Below are positions 29,901 to 38,490 of a stretch of 64,000 nucleotides of DNA, one piece after another. A program made the translations under genes and the position numbers. The stretch comes from a virus: positions 119,529 to 183,528 of the IMG/VR virus record IMGVR_UViG_3300049846_002130; one strand, written 5' to 3'. The notes below the pieces were generated by a model. That model was not told the origin of the DNA, ran no database searches, and saw only the letters and a program-made list of their open reading frames with translations. How positions within the stretch are numbered: position 1 is the first letter of the stretch; each line of letters opens with the position of its first letter.

Positions 29901-31379
29901 GTATTTTGTATGTTTACGGCTGCCTGGCTTGATGGAGGAGTAGCTACTTCCTTCCAAAGAATCGGACTATATGATACAAGTAATGGATTCTTTATTGGCT
30001 ATGAGAATACTACCTTTGGAGTAACTACTAGAACTGGTGCTGTAGACACACAGGTTGCTAAAGCATCATGGTCTGTTGACACTCTTACTGGAGCATCAAC
30101 AAGTAAGTTCACACGTAATGGTACACCGGAAGCAATAGACTTAACAAAGCTAAATGTATTTCGTGTTAGATATGGATGGCTTGGCTCGGCGCCCATTAGA
30201 TGGGAAGTACTTTCTCCAGATGGAGAATGGGTTTTATTTCATCAAACTCTTCAGCCTAACCTCAGTGCTTCGCCCTCAGTACAATCTACTGATCTTCCGA
30301 TAACAGCTCACTTAGCTAAGACAGCTGGCGCTACTTCTTTAAGATTAAATACTGCTTGCTGGGGAGCAGGAATTAATTATTCAGATGTAGATTTTGCTGC
30401 CTCCGCTACACTTGCTACAGCTGCTAATAGTGCTGTTAACTTTAATACACTTGGAGTTGCTTCTCTTCGTATCCGAATTGGAACAACAACAACTGGAACA
30501 ATTGCTTTAGAGGCAACTGTTGATGGCACAAACTGGATAACACATCCAAACTGCTATCTAACAAATGCTGCTGGCTCTGGTGAAACACAGGTCACAAGTA
30601 CCATTACCCCTACCTCAGGTAATGCTTATCGATTAGATGCTACTGGATTTCGTGGAGTTCGAGCTAGAACAGCAACAACATTAGGAGCAAGTGTTGTTAT
30701 AGCATATCTACAAGATACCCATGTATCGATAGCTACGGTAATTGGTGACAAAGCTAATAACTCAGCTGCACCTGGTTCAACAAATGTTGGAGCTCTAGTA
30801 GCTGTAGCTAATGCTAGCGTACCAACTTTTACCGAAGGCAATATAGTTGCGTTATCGTCTAACCTTTCTGGAGCAGTAAGAACAGTACCCTTTGAAGTTG
30901 CAACATACTCAGCAACAAACGTTAATTATACTGTTGCTAGCTCAGCAACAGATATTTTTACTATTACTGGCTCTGGTTCTAAAACAGTTAGAGTCCGCAG
31001 AATGGGTATGTCTGGTATACAGACTACTGCTGGCCAGGGTACAGTAATATTGTTAAAGAGATCAACTGCAAACACAGGTGGTACAGCCACAACTTGTACA
31101 AATGTGCCTTATGATTCTACTAGTGCTGCAGCTACAGCTGTTGTTAGAGCCTATACAGCTAATCCAACAACTGGAACATTAGTTGGTAACCTTTATGCAG
31201 ACCGGTTATTTATAGGTACAGCTACCTCTAATAGCGATAGAGGTATTTGGGAATTTAATTGTTTAAAGGCTCAGCCCCTAGTTCTTAGAGGAACAGGTGA
31301 GGTATTATCTATCAACTTAAATGGTATTACCGCTAGTGGTAATGTCATTAATGCTTGGGTTGAGTGGACAGAAGAATGA
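26946..31379 (+). CDS. large repetitive virion/tail-associated protein (1477 aa)
   Basis: repeated TDNxGSLTVD, LPTGAATE, VVASDQ modules; T/A/G/S-rich. Confidence 0.65.
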   Translation: MSSTNKAVILLDSTDDILVGQRVSADSIPVTVASDQPAIAVSMSTSPLPTGAATEATLSSLLTSSQLLDDVIYTAGTSTYTEAASKGSLILGIRRDADTSLVDTTNEMAPLQVDANGRLKVEAFSGETLPVSLTSTTITGTVAVTKSGTWTLDANSGVDIGDVTINNASGAGAVNIQDGGNSITVDGTIAATQSGTWSTRTQDGSGNNITSASRGSERALSVQIVDGSGTQITSFGGGTQYTEDIAAAADPIGNMLLVVRADSLASITDSDGDNLALRATNKGELYVKQTDAIPVTDNAGSLTVDNGGTFAVQESGAALTSLQLIDDIVGTAGSAITSKAGVVAGSDGTTTRIISTTATGIVKVDLSGTNANSTAVKVDGSSFTQPVSGTVTANLAAGTNNIGDVDVLTVPAPLSTTGNGTAATALRVTVASDSTGVLAVTDNGGSLTVDGTVAATQSGTWNITNISGTVSLPTGAATLSEQQTQTTSLQLLDDVVVVDNAAFTDGTTKLSMAGYIYDDVAGTALSENDAAAARINSNRALVNTIEDGATRGRYATVTASNAIKVDGSAVTQPISASSLPLPTGAATETTLTGVLTTSAFQARVNTLGQKTMANSTPVVVASDQTAIPSSQSGAWTVTANAGTNLNTSALALESGGNLASVVTNTTNIPNVIGTAASAIPSKLIQVGGSDGTNARAIRTNTSGQLDIRPLTNADVVKSQLQDNAGNGLTSNSTTYTAKFALDENLLGTLGTAFSTPGKVDIKGADGDVFVRQATASNLNATVVGTGTFAVQAAQSGTWTVQPGNTANTTAWLVTGTGGTFPVTDSGGSLTVDNNGTFAVQASIAAGATSIAKAEDVASANADVGVPAMAVRKAVPANTSDTDGDYEMLQLNRGRLWTTATVDALPAHAYDIFGKIRISEQFNDVEVQFHRDSPANLVTITAAGTPNGTADNTTVPGLMQMATGTGTTGEIKAVTKDSVIYRSGAEVFCMFTAAWLDGGVATSFQRIGLYDTSNGFFIGYENTTFGVTTRTGAVDTQVAKASWSVDTLTGASTSKFTRNGTPEAIDLTKLNVFRVRYGWLGSAPIRWEVLSPDGEWVLFHQTLQPNLSASPSVQSTDLPITAHLAKTAGATSLRLNTACWGAGINYSDVDFAASATLATAANSAVNFNTLGVASLRIRIGTTTTGTIALEATVDGTNWITHPNCYLTNAAGSGETQVTSTITPTSGNAYRLDATGFRGVRARTATTLGASVVIAYLQDTHVSIATVIGDKANNSAAPGSTNVGALVAVANASVPTFTEGNIVALSSNLSGAVRTVPFEVATYSATNVNYTVASSATDIFTITGSGSKTVRVRRMGMSGIQTTAGQGTVILLKRSTANTGGTATTCTNVPYDSTSAAATAVVRAYTANPTTGTLVGNLYADRLFIGTATSNSDRGIWEFNCLKAQPLVLRGTGEVLSINLNGITASGNVINAWVEWTEE

Positions 31380-32266
31380 GGAGTCATCGTATGCAACTTA
31401 CTACTAAAACTTTGGTTCAAACTGATGGTGGACAATCAGTAACACGGACATGGTATGTACATGTACCTTCGCAAGGCTCTACGGGCCGTCCAGTAATTTT
31501 CTTCTTCCATGGCCATGGAGGTAGTGGCCTTGGAATGTCAGGTAACTCCAATATGGATTACTATGCTAACAAAGGTTATGTACTGGTTTACCCAGATGGA
31601 CTACCTTTTGTAGATGGTAAGCTAGGTTGGAGAACCTTAGCAACTCCACAATATAACACTGGTCTTGATCAAAACTTTGTTGAGCTAATGATAGCTGAAC
31701 TAACTTCATCGCCCTATAATTGTGATGCTAGTAAAATCTATTGTTCTGGATTCTCGAATGGAACAGATGTTTGTTGGCAAATGTACACACAAAGGTCAGA
31801 TTTAATTCGAGGATTCTCTACATTTGGTAGAGGTATTGATCAAGAATTTGTTGGATTGACTCCAGCTATTCTTCGTCCCTGGTCAACTACAATTGGTCAG
31901 CAAGACGATTCTTGGGATGGTCATAAAGACCCACCGGAGAATAATGCTTGGGGTGCATTAGAGACTAGAGACTACGTATGTGGGCTTAATAACCGCACTA
32001 CAGTAGCTACACCGCCCGCAGGCACTGCAGCCGGTAGTCCTCCAAATCCATCTACTGGTACAAAACTTACTGTATTTAACTACAATACAGTAGCAACCTC
32101 TGGACAACCTTCTGCTCAGGTCTCAGCAGGTACTGTGTCTCAGGTTACACAACCAGCTCTGCATAGATGGTTCGCTAAGCTTCCTGCTTGGCCCGATAAC
32201 TTCTATGCCACATCTTATACAATAACCTTCTTCAAGACATATGCTGGATTACCAGCAGAGCTATAG
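31364..32266 (+). CDS. PHB depolymerase/LpqC-type alpha/beta-hydrolase esterase
   Basis: FFHGHGGSG, LVYPDG, IYCSGFSNG nucleophile elbow; likely start MQLTT. Confidence 0.8.
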   Translation: MDRRMRSHRMQLTTKTLVQTDGGQSVTRTWYVHVPSQGSTGRPVIFFFHGHGGSGLGMSGNSNMDYYANKGYVLVYPDGLPFVDGKLGWRTLATPQYNTGLDQNFVELMIAELTSSPYNCDASKIYCSGFSNGTDVCWQMYTQRSDLIRGFSTFGRGIDQEFVGLTPAILRPWSTTIGQQDDSWDGHKDPPENNAWGALETRDYVCGLNNRTTVATPPAGTAAGSPPNPSTGTKLTVFNYNTVATSGQPSAQVSAGTVSQVTQPALHRWFAKLPAWPDNFYATSYTITFFKTYAGLPAEL

Positions 32267-32275
32267 GATTAACAG

Positions 32276-32593
32276 ATGGGTGTTTCTGCTTTTAAACCAT
32301 CATCTAATGATGGAGACTCTCTTGCAGTAGAGGAACAGTTCTCAAGAGCTTATATCTCTACTGGTGCTACTACAACTATTAAGTCTGGTGCTGGACTACT
32401 TCATACAATAACTATTGGTGAAACAGCAGCAGGTGCTATTACAGTATATGATAATACTGCCGGAAGTGGAACAATAATTGCTGTATTTAAAGCATCTATT
32501 GCAGAACAAACGTTTGTACTGGATGTATTGTTTACTACTGGTCTTACGATAGTAACAGCAGCTGGTTCTAAACTAACTGTTAGCTATAGATAA
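32276..32593 (+). CDS. small probable virion protein
   Basis: KSGAGLLHTI.I...VYDNT...GLTIVT pattern. Confidence 0.6.
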   Translation: MGVSAFKPSSNDGDSLAVEEQFSRAYISTGATTTIKSGAGLLHTITIGETAAGAITVYDNTAGSGTIIAVFKASIAEQTFVLDVLFTTGLTIVTAAGSKLTVSYR

Positions 32594-32598
32594 TTCTT

Positions 32599-33096
32599 CT
32601 ACCCGAAGATTAAAAAACGGTCTTCGGGTAGAATTCTATCTAGCACTTGCTTTACGTCTTCCCAATTAAGTCCACCATTACCGCAACCGGGCTTAGGCAA
32701 AGCCACTATTTTATTTTTAGTTGTGGTTCTTAACTGGGAAGCACTAAGAGCAATTCTCTCTAAGCTAGACTTGCCCATCCACCCAGGGAATGTACCCTGG
32801 GTGTTTTTGTTTTTATACCGAGGTAACAGCTCTTCATAAGGAGATATCTTATTTTTAGTAGGAAAGCTCCATATTTCAGTCCTGCCATCTTGAGCTATTT
32901 TACATGGTTGATTATTACCTTGTAACAATAACGTACCTAAAACCTGAGCACAATCCGGATAACGAGCTTTTGCTTCAGCTGCAATACCTCGCCCCATAAT
33001 AGCTTCGCCTTTTGAATTAGTACAGAGATTGGTTGTGATACATAAAATATCAACACTGTCGATAGTATTCCAAATATCATCATGTTGGATTAGCAT
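32599..33096 (-). CDS. macro domain (ADP-ribose hydrolase-like) protein
   Basis: N..G..MGRGIA, FPTK, ALPKPGCGNGGL.W. Confidence 0.85.
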   Translation of the reverse strand: MLIQHDDIWNTIDSVDILCITTNLCTNSKGEAIMGRGIAAEAKARYPDCAQVLGTLLLQGNNQPCKIAQDGRTEIWSFPTKNKISPYEELLPRYKNKNTQGTFPGWMGKSSLERIALSASQLRTTTKNKIVALPKPGCGNGGLNWEDVKQVLDRILPEDRFLIFG

Positions 33097-33883
33097 TTAA
33101 TTTCTCCATATACCAATCTCTAACGATAAGACTCAACAAATCTCTATATAATTCGGGTAACTCTAGTATAGCTAGATTGTTATAAACATAGTTATATACA
33201 GTGCTCTTAAGTTCAATAATGTTTGAAGTATCTAGATAATAATTAGCTTTGTTTAGACCAGTCTGGATAGCCACTATATCTTTTAGTTCTGGTATGTCAG
33301 TAAAAACAAAAGTTTTAACTACTTTATTATCTTTAATAAAACTAATTGTATTATTGTCACACTTATTAATAAAAATGTTCTTAATAAGAAAATTAAATTC
33401 TTCAATCATCTTGATTAAGATTATTTGTTTGGTTTTGATTTTCTCATTTGTAAGTGTAATACCATGCTGATCGTAAAATCTTGATATACCATCTTCTGTT
33501 ATGAGTTTATTAAGTTCACATGGATAGTTAACAGGAATTATTAAGAATGGATACTTCTTGTTAGGTCCAGCTTCTATATAAACACCAGGAAGTTTATTAG
33601 TATCAGAAGGTAGTCTAATACATATGTTATAAGAATCTTTACTAACCTGTAAGGTAAATTTTATCTCTCTATTGTCTATATCTAACTTAAATCTAGAGGA
33701 TAAACAATCTAGCCAATCTCTCTCTGTATCTTCTATAGTATTAGTTGGTTCAGAGCTTTCGTTATTTAATGTGCTTGCTAATAATAAGCTTAACAAACTA
33801 AGGCTACCAACTTTTAGAAGAGTGGAAGAGCCTGTCTTTGTTTTAAGATTGTTTTTAGTCTTAATCTTAGGTTTTGTTTTCAT
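33080..33883 (-). CDS. hypothetical protein, Lys-rich N-terminus plus TM anchor
   Basis: ORF track; shared N-terminal architecture with three other genes. Confidence 0.6.
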   Translation of the reverse strand: MKTKPKIKTKNNLKTKTGSSTLLKVGSLSLLSLLLASTLNNESSEPTNTIEDTERDWLDCLSSRFKLDIDNREIKFTLQVSKDSYNICIRLPSDTNKLPGVYIEAGPNKKYPFLIIPVNYPCELNKLITEDGISRFYDQHGITLTNEKIKTKQIILIKMIEEFNFLIKNIFINKCDNNTISFIKDNKVVKTFVFTDIPELKDIVAIQTGLNKANYYLDTSNIIELKSTVYNYVYNNLAILELPELYRDLLSLIVRDWYMEKLNANPT

Positions 33884-33896
33884 TATTAGCCGGTGG

Positions 33897-34628
33897 TTAA
33901 AATGGTATTAAGGGATCAATAGTAATAGATTTAAACTTCTCTAATATAATCCTTGCTGGTTCTTGGTTATGAGCAACGATACATTCTGAGAAGACAAACA
34001 GCCTTGTCAGCTCATCTATCGTAGGAAGGTTTTGACAATTAATTACTTTGTTTCCTATTACAATTTGAATGTTTTGCCCTTTACGAGAAATTGAGTAAGC
34101 TTTGTTATTAAGCTGTCCAGTTACTGATTTAAACGATTCATATTCTTTAACTGAAATAATAGTATGCTCATACTTGGTTTCTGGTTGATCATATGGATCT
34201 ATAGACTTTCCATAAGCTTGTAATTCTTTTATTATTGCTTCTACGTCTACTGGAAAATCAAAGCAAAGCCTAAAATCTTTTGCATCTAATGCAAGCCACC
34301 TATTATCTTCCCAGTCATTCCACAAGAAAAGAATCATTCCTGTTTCTTGATCAATAATTCTAATATCTATTTCAGACATAACTATATTAAACTTCTTACC
34401 ATAAATATCAATTATTTTTACATAAGAAAAGGGATCTTCTGCTGAGCCTGTTTCATCAATCCAAAAGCCAGGTAATGGCTTAATAATACTAGGAGTTGGT
34501 AGTGAAAGAGTTATAAGACTAGCTAAACCTAATATAGACAAAAGAGCAAAAGAGTTTTTTGTACTATTAGTTTTAGTTAAAGACTTTGCTTTACTTTTTG
34601 GTTTAATCTTGTTTTTAGCTCTTTGCAT
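33897..34628 (-). CDS. hypothetical protein, Lys-rich N-terminus plus TM anchor
   Basis: start reset to MQRAK (GGAG RBS) because the longer ORF overlaps tRNA-Ser. Confidence 0.6.
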   Translation of the reverse strand: MQRAKNKIKPKSKAKSLTKTNSTKNSFALLSILGLASLITLSLPTPSIIKPLPGFWIDETGSAEDPFSYVKIIDIYGKKFNIVMSEIDIRIIDQETGMILFLWNDWEDNRWLALDAKDFRLCFDFPVDVEAIIKELQAYGKSIDPYDQPETKYEHTIISVKEYESFKSVTGQLNNKAYSISRKGQNIQIVIGNKVINCQNLPTIDELTRLFVFSECIVAHNQEPARIILEKFKSITIDPLIPF

Positions 34629-34645
34629 TATTTCTCCAATAAAAG

Positions 34646-34735
34646 CGGAAGGCTGAGGACTCGAACCCCATACGGCTTTACCCGTACCCAAGCTTTCAAG
34701 GCTTGTCGCCGCCCATCGCAGCTGCTTAACCTTCC
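34646..34735 (-). tRNA. tRNA-Ser(TGA)
   Basis: GGAAGGT/GCCTTCC, G73, loop CTTGAAA, long variable arm. Confidence 0.85.
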
Positions 34736-34740
34736 AATAT

Positions 34741-34826
34741 TAGACCTAATAGGACTCGAACCCCCGGAAGTTATTAACTTCAGTGCTTTTCAAGAGCACC
34801 ATCTTAAACCACTTGATCACAATCCC
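34741..34826 (-). tRNA. chimeric/pseudo tRNA-Ser(TGA)-like gene with a foreign 3' end
   Basis: D, anticodon and variable arms intact, but acceptor GGGATTG vs TAGGTCT and T-stem GGGGG vs CCTAT pair poorly. Confidence 0.65.
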
Positions 34827-34831
34827 AGTTA

Positions 34832-35209
34832 TTAACAAATATTATCGGGTAATGAAATTATATTAGCATGCAATTTCATGTGACAGTTTGCGCATAAGCA
34901 AATACACTTAGCCAATTCAGCTTTAAGCTTTAAAGCTGAATAGCTTCCCTTGGCATTACCGATATTAAAATCTTTTTCGTTTGGATCTAGATGATGAGCA
35001 ACTAAACAAACGAATTCTTTTTCTGGACAGAGATTGCATCCGTTGGACTTAAAGTCATTAATTATAAGTTTGTTTCGAATAGCATATTTTTCTCTATTTT
35101 TGTTATTACGAATTTTCATTTTTTGATTATATATAGAATCAGTATGATATCTATTATTATAGTATTCTCTATTATATTCTTTCCGCTTTTCTTTATCTTT
35201 ACTAGGCAT
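34832..35209 (-). CDS. HNH endonuclease-like protein
   Basis: CxxC...HHLDP..KDF...ELAKC..LCANCH. Confidence 0.8.
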   Translation of the reverse strand: MPSKDKEKRKEYNREYYNNRYHTDSIYNQKMKIRNNKNREKYAIRNKLIINDFKSNGCNLCPEKEFVCLVAHHLDPNEKDFNIGNAKGSYSALKLKAELAKCICLCANCHMKLHANIISLPDNIC

Positions 35210-35278
35210 AAAAACTCCTAGTAAAGATTGTATAGAAGACTTAATTTTAAGTCAAGAATATCAAACTATAAGTCTAAG

Positions 35279-35352
35279 TGAGAGAGCAGGGATTTGAACC
35301 TTGGACCACTTGCTTAACAGGCACAATGCTCTACCACCTGAGCTATAGGTCT
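35279..35352 (-). tRNA. chimeric/pseudo tRNA-Asn(GTT)-like gene with a foreign 3' end
   Basis: D-arm and loop CTGTTAA present; acceptor AGACCTA vs CTCTCTC does not pair. Confidence 0.65.
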
Positions 35353-35355
35353 ATG

Positions 35356-35429
35356 CGGGCCCTCCTGGACTTGAACCAGGGTATCGCAGCTTAACAGGCT
35401 GCTGCCTTTACCGACTTGGCGAAGGGCCC
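35356..35429 (-). tRNA. tRNA-Asn(GTT)
   Basis: fully paired cloverleaf GGGCCCT/AGGGCCC, G73. Confidence 0.9.
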
Positions 35430-37549
35430 TCTAGTTTAGTACTAAACTTTAATTTTTCTTGATCTCTAGTTACATAGATTATGTCATTGGCTACATATAT
35501 ACCACCTATGACTTCATTAGATAGTGGATCAAGTAAGTAGTTATTAATTGCTCGCTTTAGTGGACGTCCACCAAAAGCAGGGTCATAACCTTTATCAACA
35601 AGTAGTTCCTTAGCTTCAGGAGTTATTATTAGCTTAAGTTCTTTATCTGCTAATTGTTTTTGTACTTTATGTAAGTGAATATCTAGTATCTTACTTATAT
35701 CGGATTTAGTAAGTGGATCAAATATTACTTTACTATCGATTCTATTTAGAATCTCAGGCTTAATAGCTTTAAGTAATTCAGCTTCAACAGCAGCTGTAGC
35801 TTTTTCTCTGTTACCTGCAGCTTCAAATATTTTTACAGAGCCAATATTTGAAGTCATGATGATAACAGTATTCTTAAAGTCTACGCTCCGGCCACGACTA
35901 TCAGTTAGCCTGCCTTCATCTAATAGTTGTAAGAAAACATTAAAGACATCTGGGTGCGCCTTCTCTATTTCATCAAATAGAACCACAGAGTATGGTCTAC
36001 GCAATACTGCCTCAGTTAGCTGGCCACCTTCATCATGACCAGCATAACCTGGAGGTGAACCTAGTAATCTACTAACAGTATGCTTTTCCATATACTCTGA
36101 CATATCGATACGAACAATGGCGTTCTCATCATCAAATAAGAACTCAGCCAAAGCCTTTGCTAGCTCAGTCTTGCCAACACCAGTCGGTCCTAAAAACAAG
36201 AAACTACCTGTCGGCCGGTTAGCATCTTGAAGGCCAGCACGGGCTCGTCGGACAGCCTTAGATAAGGCCACAATGGCTTCGTGTTGCCCAATAACTCGTT
36301 TATGGAGATTATCTTCCATATGCAAAAGCTTCTGAGATTCGCTTTGCTTTAGTTTGTTAACCTTGATGCCTGTCCACTGACCAATAACCTTTGCTATGTC
36401 GTCATAGGAAAGAGCATCCGAAAGAAGTGGTTTCTCACCTTGAACATTAGCTAGATTATTGTTTAGATTCAATAATGTTTGTTCAGCTTCAATCAGAGTA
36501 CTATATCTAATCTTGCTGGCTTGTTCATAATCACCATTAGTTTCAGACTCTTCGGCAATAAGAAAAAGTTCTTCTATGAGTTCTTTTTGAGAAGCAATCT
36601 CATCCAAGATAGTTCTCTCTTGAGACCACTGAAGCTTTAGGTTTGCAAGATCATCTTCTTTTGTTCTAAGCAAGGCTTTAAGCTTATTGTAAGCAGTTAC
36701 ATTACGATCACTTCTTATAGCTACTTCATTAACCCTAAGAGATATAACTTCTCTTTCTAGTAAATCAATCTCATGAGGCTTACTTTCAGATGTAGTCTTT
36801 AATAAGCTACAAGCTTCATCAAGTAAGTCAATAGCTTTATCTGGAAGATTTCGTTCAGTTAAGTACCTGTTGCTTAAAGTAGCTGCAGCTATTAAAGCAG
36901 AATCATTAATCTGAATACCATGATAGGTTTCGAACTTCTCTTTTAGGCCTCGTAGGATTTGCAGGGTTACATCAACACTTGGAGCATTAATAAATACTGC
37001 CTGGAATCTACGATCTAATGTTTTATTCTTTTCGAAGGTCTTCTTATATTCATCAATACTAGTTGTACCAATCACCCTAAGGTTGCTTCTAGATAGACTA
37101 TCCTCAAGCATACTGCTTGCATCAACTCCACCCTCAGACTTACCAGCACCAACAATATTATGAATATTATCTAGAAAAAGAATTAAGTCATCGCTCCTAG
37201 ATTCTAATTCTCTAAGAAGTTTAAGTAGTCGTTCTTCGAATTCACCTCTATAACTAGCCCCAGCTAGAAGACTAGCTATATCTAGGGATAGAATTTTTTT
37301 ATTCTTTAGATATTCTGGGACATCCTCAACTACAATTCTTTGAGCAAGGCCATAAACTATAGTGGTCTTACCTACACCAGAAGCTCCTATTAAAATAGGA
37401 TTATTCTTAGATCTACGAGTAAGAATCTGAATAACTCTTCGAATCTCTTCATCTCTACCAATTGTGGGATCAAGTAAATCTTCTTCAGCTAAAGCTGTAA
37501 TATTCTTACAGTAGCGAGCAACAATATCTTCCTTAGCTGACTTGGTCAT
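35408..37549 (-). CDS. clpB: ClpB-like AAA+ disaggregase lacking the N-terminal domain
   Basis: LDP.IGRDEEIRR, two NBDs, coiled-coil middle domain, GPTGVGKTE, DEIEKAH; start reset to MTKSAK because the longer ORF overlaps tRNA-Ser. Confidence 0.9.
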   Translation of the reverse strand: MTKSAKEDIVARYCKNITALAEEDLLDPTIGRDEEIRRVIQILTRRSKNNPILIGASGVGKTTIVYGLAQRIVVEDVPEYLKNKKILSLDIASLLAGASYRGEFEERLLKLLRELESRSDDLILFLDNIHNIVGAGKSEGGVDASSMLEDSLSRSNLRVIGTTSIDEYKKTFEKNKTLDRRFQAVFINAPSVDVTLQILRGLKEKFETYHGIQINDSALIAAATLSNRYLTERNLPDKAIDLLDEACSLLKTTSESKPHEIDLLEREVISLRVNEVAIRSDRNVTAYNKLKALLRTKEDDLANLKLQWSQERTILDEIASQKELIEELFLIAEESETNGDYEQASKIRYSTLIEAEQTLLNLNNNLANVQGEKPLLSDALSYDDIAKVIGQWTGIKVNKLKQSESQKLLHMEDNLHKRVIGQHEAIVALSKAVRRARAGLQDANRPTGSFLFLGPTGVGKTELAKALAEFLFDDENAIVRIDMSEYMEKHTVSRLLGSPPGYAGHDEGGQLTEAVLRRPYSVVLFDEIEKAHPDVFNVFLQLLDEGRLTDSRGRSVDFKNTVIIMTSNIGSVKIFEAAGNREKATAAVEAELLKAIKPEILNRIDSKVIFDPLTKSDISKILDIHLHKVQKQLADKELKLIITPEAKELLVDKGYDPAFGGRPLKRAINNYLLDPLSNEVIGGIYVANDIIYVTRDQEKLKFSTKLEGPSPSR

Positions 37550-37581
37550 ATGCACTCCAATCAATATAAGCTTATTATAAA

Positions 37582-37665
37582 CGGAGCCGGCAGGATTCGA
37601 ACCTACGATAGTGTTACTATGGTTGTTTAGCAAACAACTGGTTTAAGCCACTCACCCACAGCTCC
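37582..37665 (-). tRNA. tRNA-Ser(GCT)
   Basis: cloverleaf with loop TTGCTAA and long variable arm, G73. Confidence 0.9.
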
Positions 37666-37672
37666 AATGAGA

Positions 37673-38122
37673 CTAGCTTTTCTTTGAATCTCTAATCTCC
37701 ACATATATCCTGGCGACTACCTTTGCAGAAAGCCTGTCTACAGCATCTTTATATGCTACTGCTGTCCACTTATCTTTAATATGAGTGGAAAGATCTTCTA
37801 TTGATCCACTTTTATATACCTCGTTATCATCTATAACTACATGCTTAAAACTATTACTATCTCTATCATAATAATAGTCTGTATAACTATACTGCTTAGG
37901 TAGTACCTGTAATCTATCTTCTAGAAATCCATAGTAAAATAGTTCATCAAAGAGTTTACGTTCTTTTTGTTCCTTAGTTTCTGCTAACTCTGTGTTAGCA
38001 GCCCACAATAAACCAACAAGGCTAGCAAAGCCCAAGATTTTAGTTGCAGAGTTTACTTTTTGTTCATTCTTAACTAACAATTTGGTTTCTTGCTTAGCTT
38101 TAGGTTTTAAATTGTTACCCAA
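37673..38122 (-). CDS. hypothetical protein, Lys-rich N-terminus plus TM anchor
   Basis: ORF track. Confidence 0.6.
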   Translation of the reverse strand: MGNNLKPKAKQETKLLVKNEQKVNSATKILGFASLVGLLWAANTELAETKEQKERKLFDELFYYGFLEDRLQVLPKQYSYTDYYYDRDSNSFKHVVIDDNEVYKSGSIEDLSTHIKDKWTAVAYKDAVDRLSAKVVARIYVEIRDSKKS

Positions 38123-38490
38123 TTATCACCATTAATCCATTTGTTTAGATACTCTTCTGGAAAAACAGAATTATCAGAATTTAGCTCTACAAATGGGTCT
38201 GCTTTAGAACTTTGAGTTAATAGCTTATATTTACTTCCTGATGCAGTTGTTACGATACCGTCTTCATATGAAACAATGGGGCCTGTAACTGTCCATCTTG
38301 CAGGAGGCCGACTTCCATCAGCTTCCTCCTCAACCCATCCAGTAAGACACCAGATCTTAAGATTTGGATCAGTATAGGCTTTCTTAGGAAGCAAAGACCA
38401 CTGACTAAGTGTTCTTCTTCTAGGAGAGTCTTTCGTATCAAAATGTAAGGTTACATTTTGAGTAACTAGTGCAATTAAGTTAGGATCCAT
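38107..38490 (-). CDS. hypothetical phage protein
   Basis: TGPIV...IVTTASGSKYKL pattern. Confidence 0.6.
   Translation of the reverse strand: MDPNLIALVTQNVTLHFDTKDSPRRRTLSQWSLLPKKAYTDPNLKIWCLTGWVEEEADGSRPPARWTVTGPIVSYEDGIVTTASGSKYKLLTQSSKADPFVELNSDNSVFPEEYLNKWINGDNWVTI

Noticed and set aside
27182-30841. Many short minus-strand and off-frame ORFs within the 1477-aa gene
   Set aside because: Expected shadow ORFs from repetitive codon usage
34832-35209. Group I intron around this HNH explaining the split tRNA
   Set aside because: No P7-type GACTA/TAGTC core seen and too little flanking sequence for a ribozyme
37550-37633. N-terminal extension of ClpB in the ORF track
   Set aside because: It overlaps tRNA-Ser(GCT); the ATG at 37549 has a proper RBS
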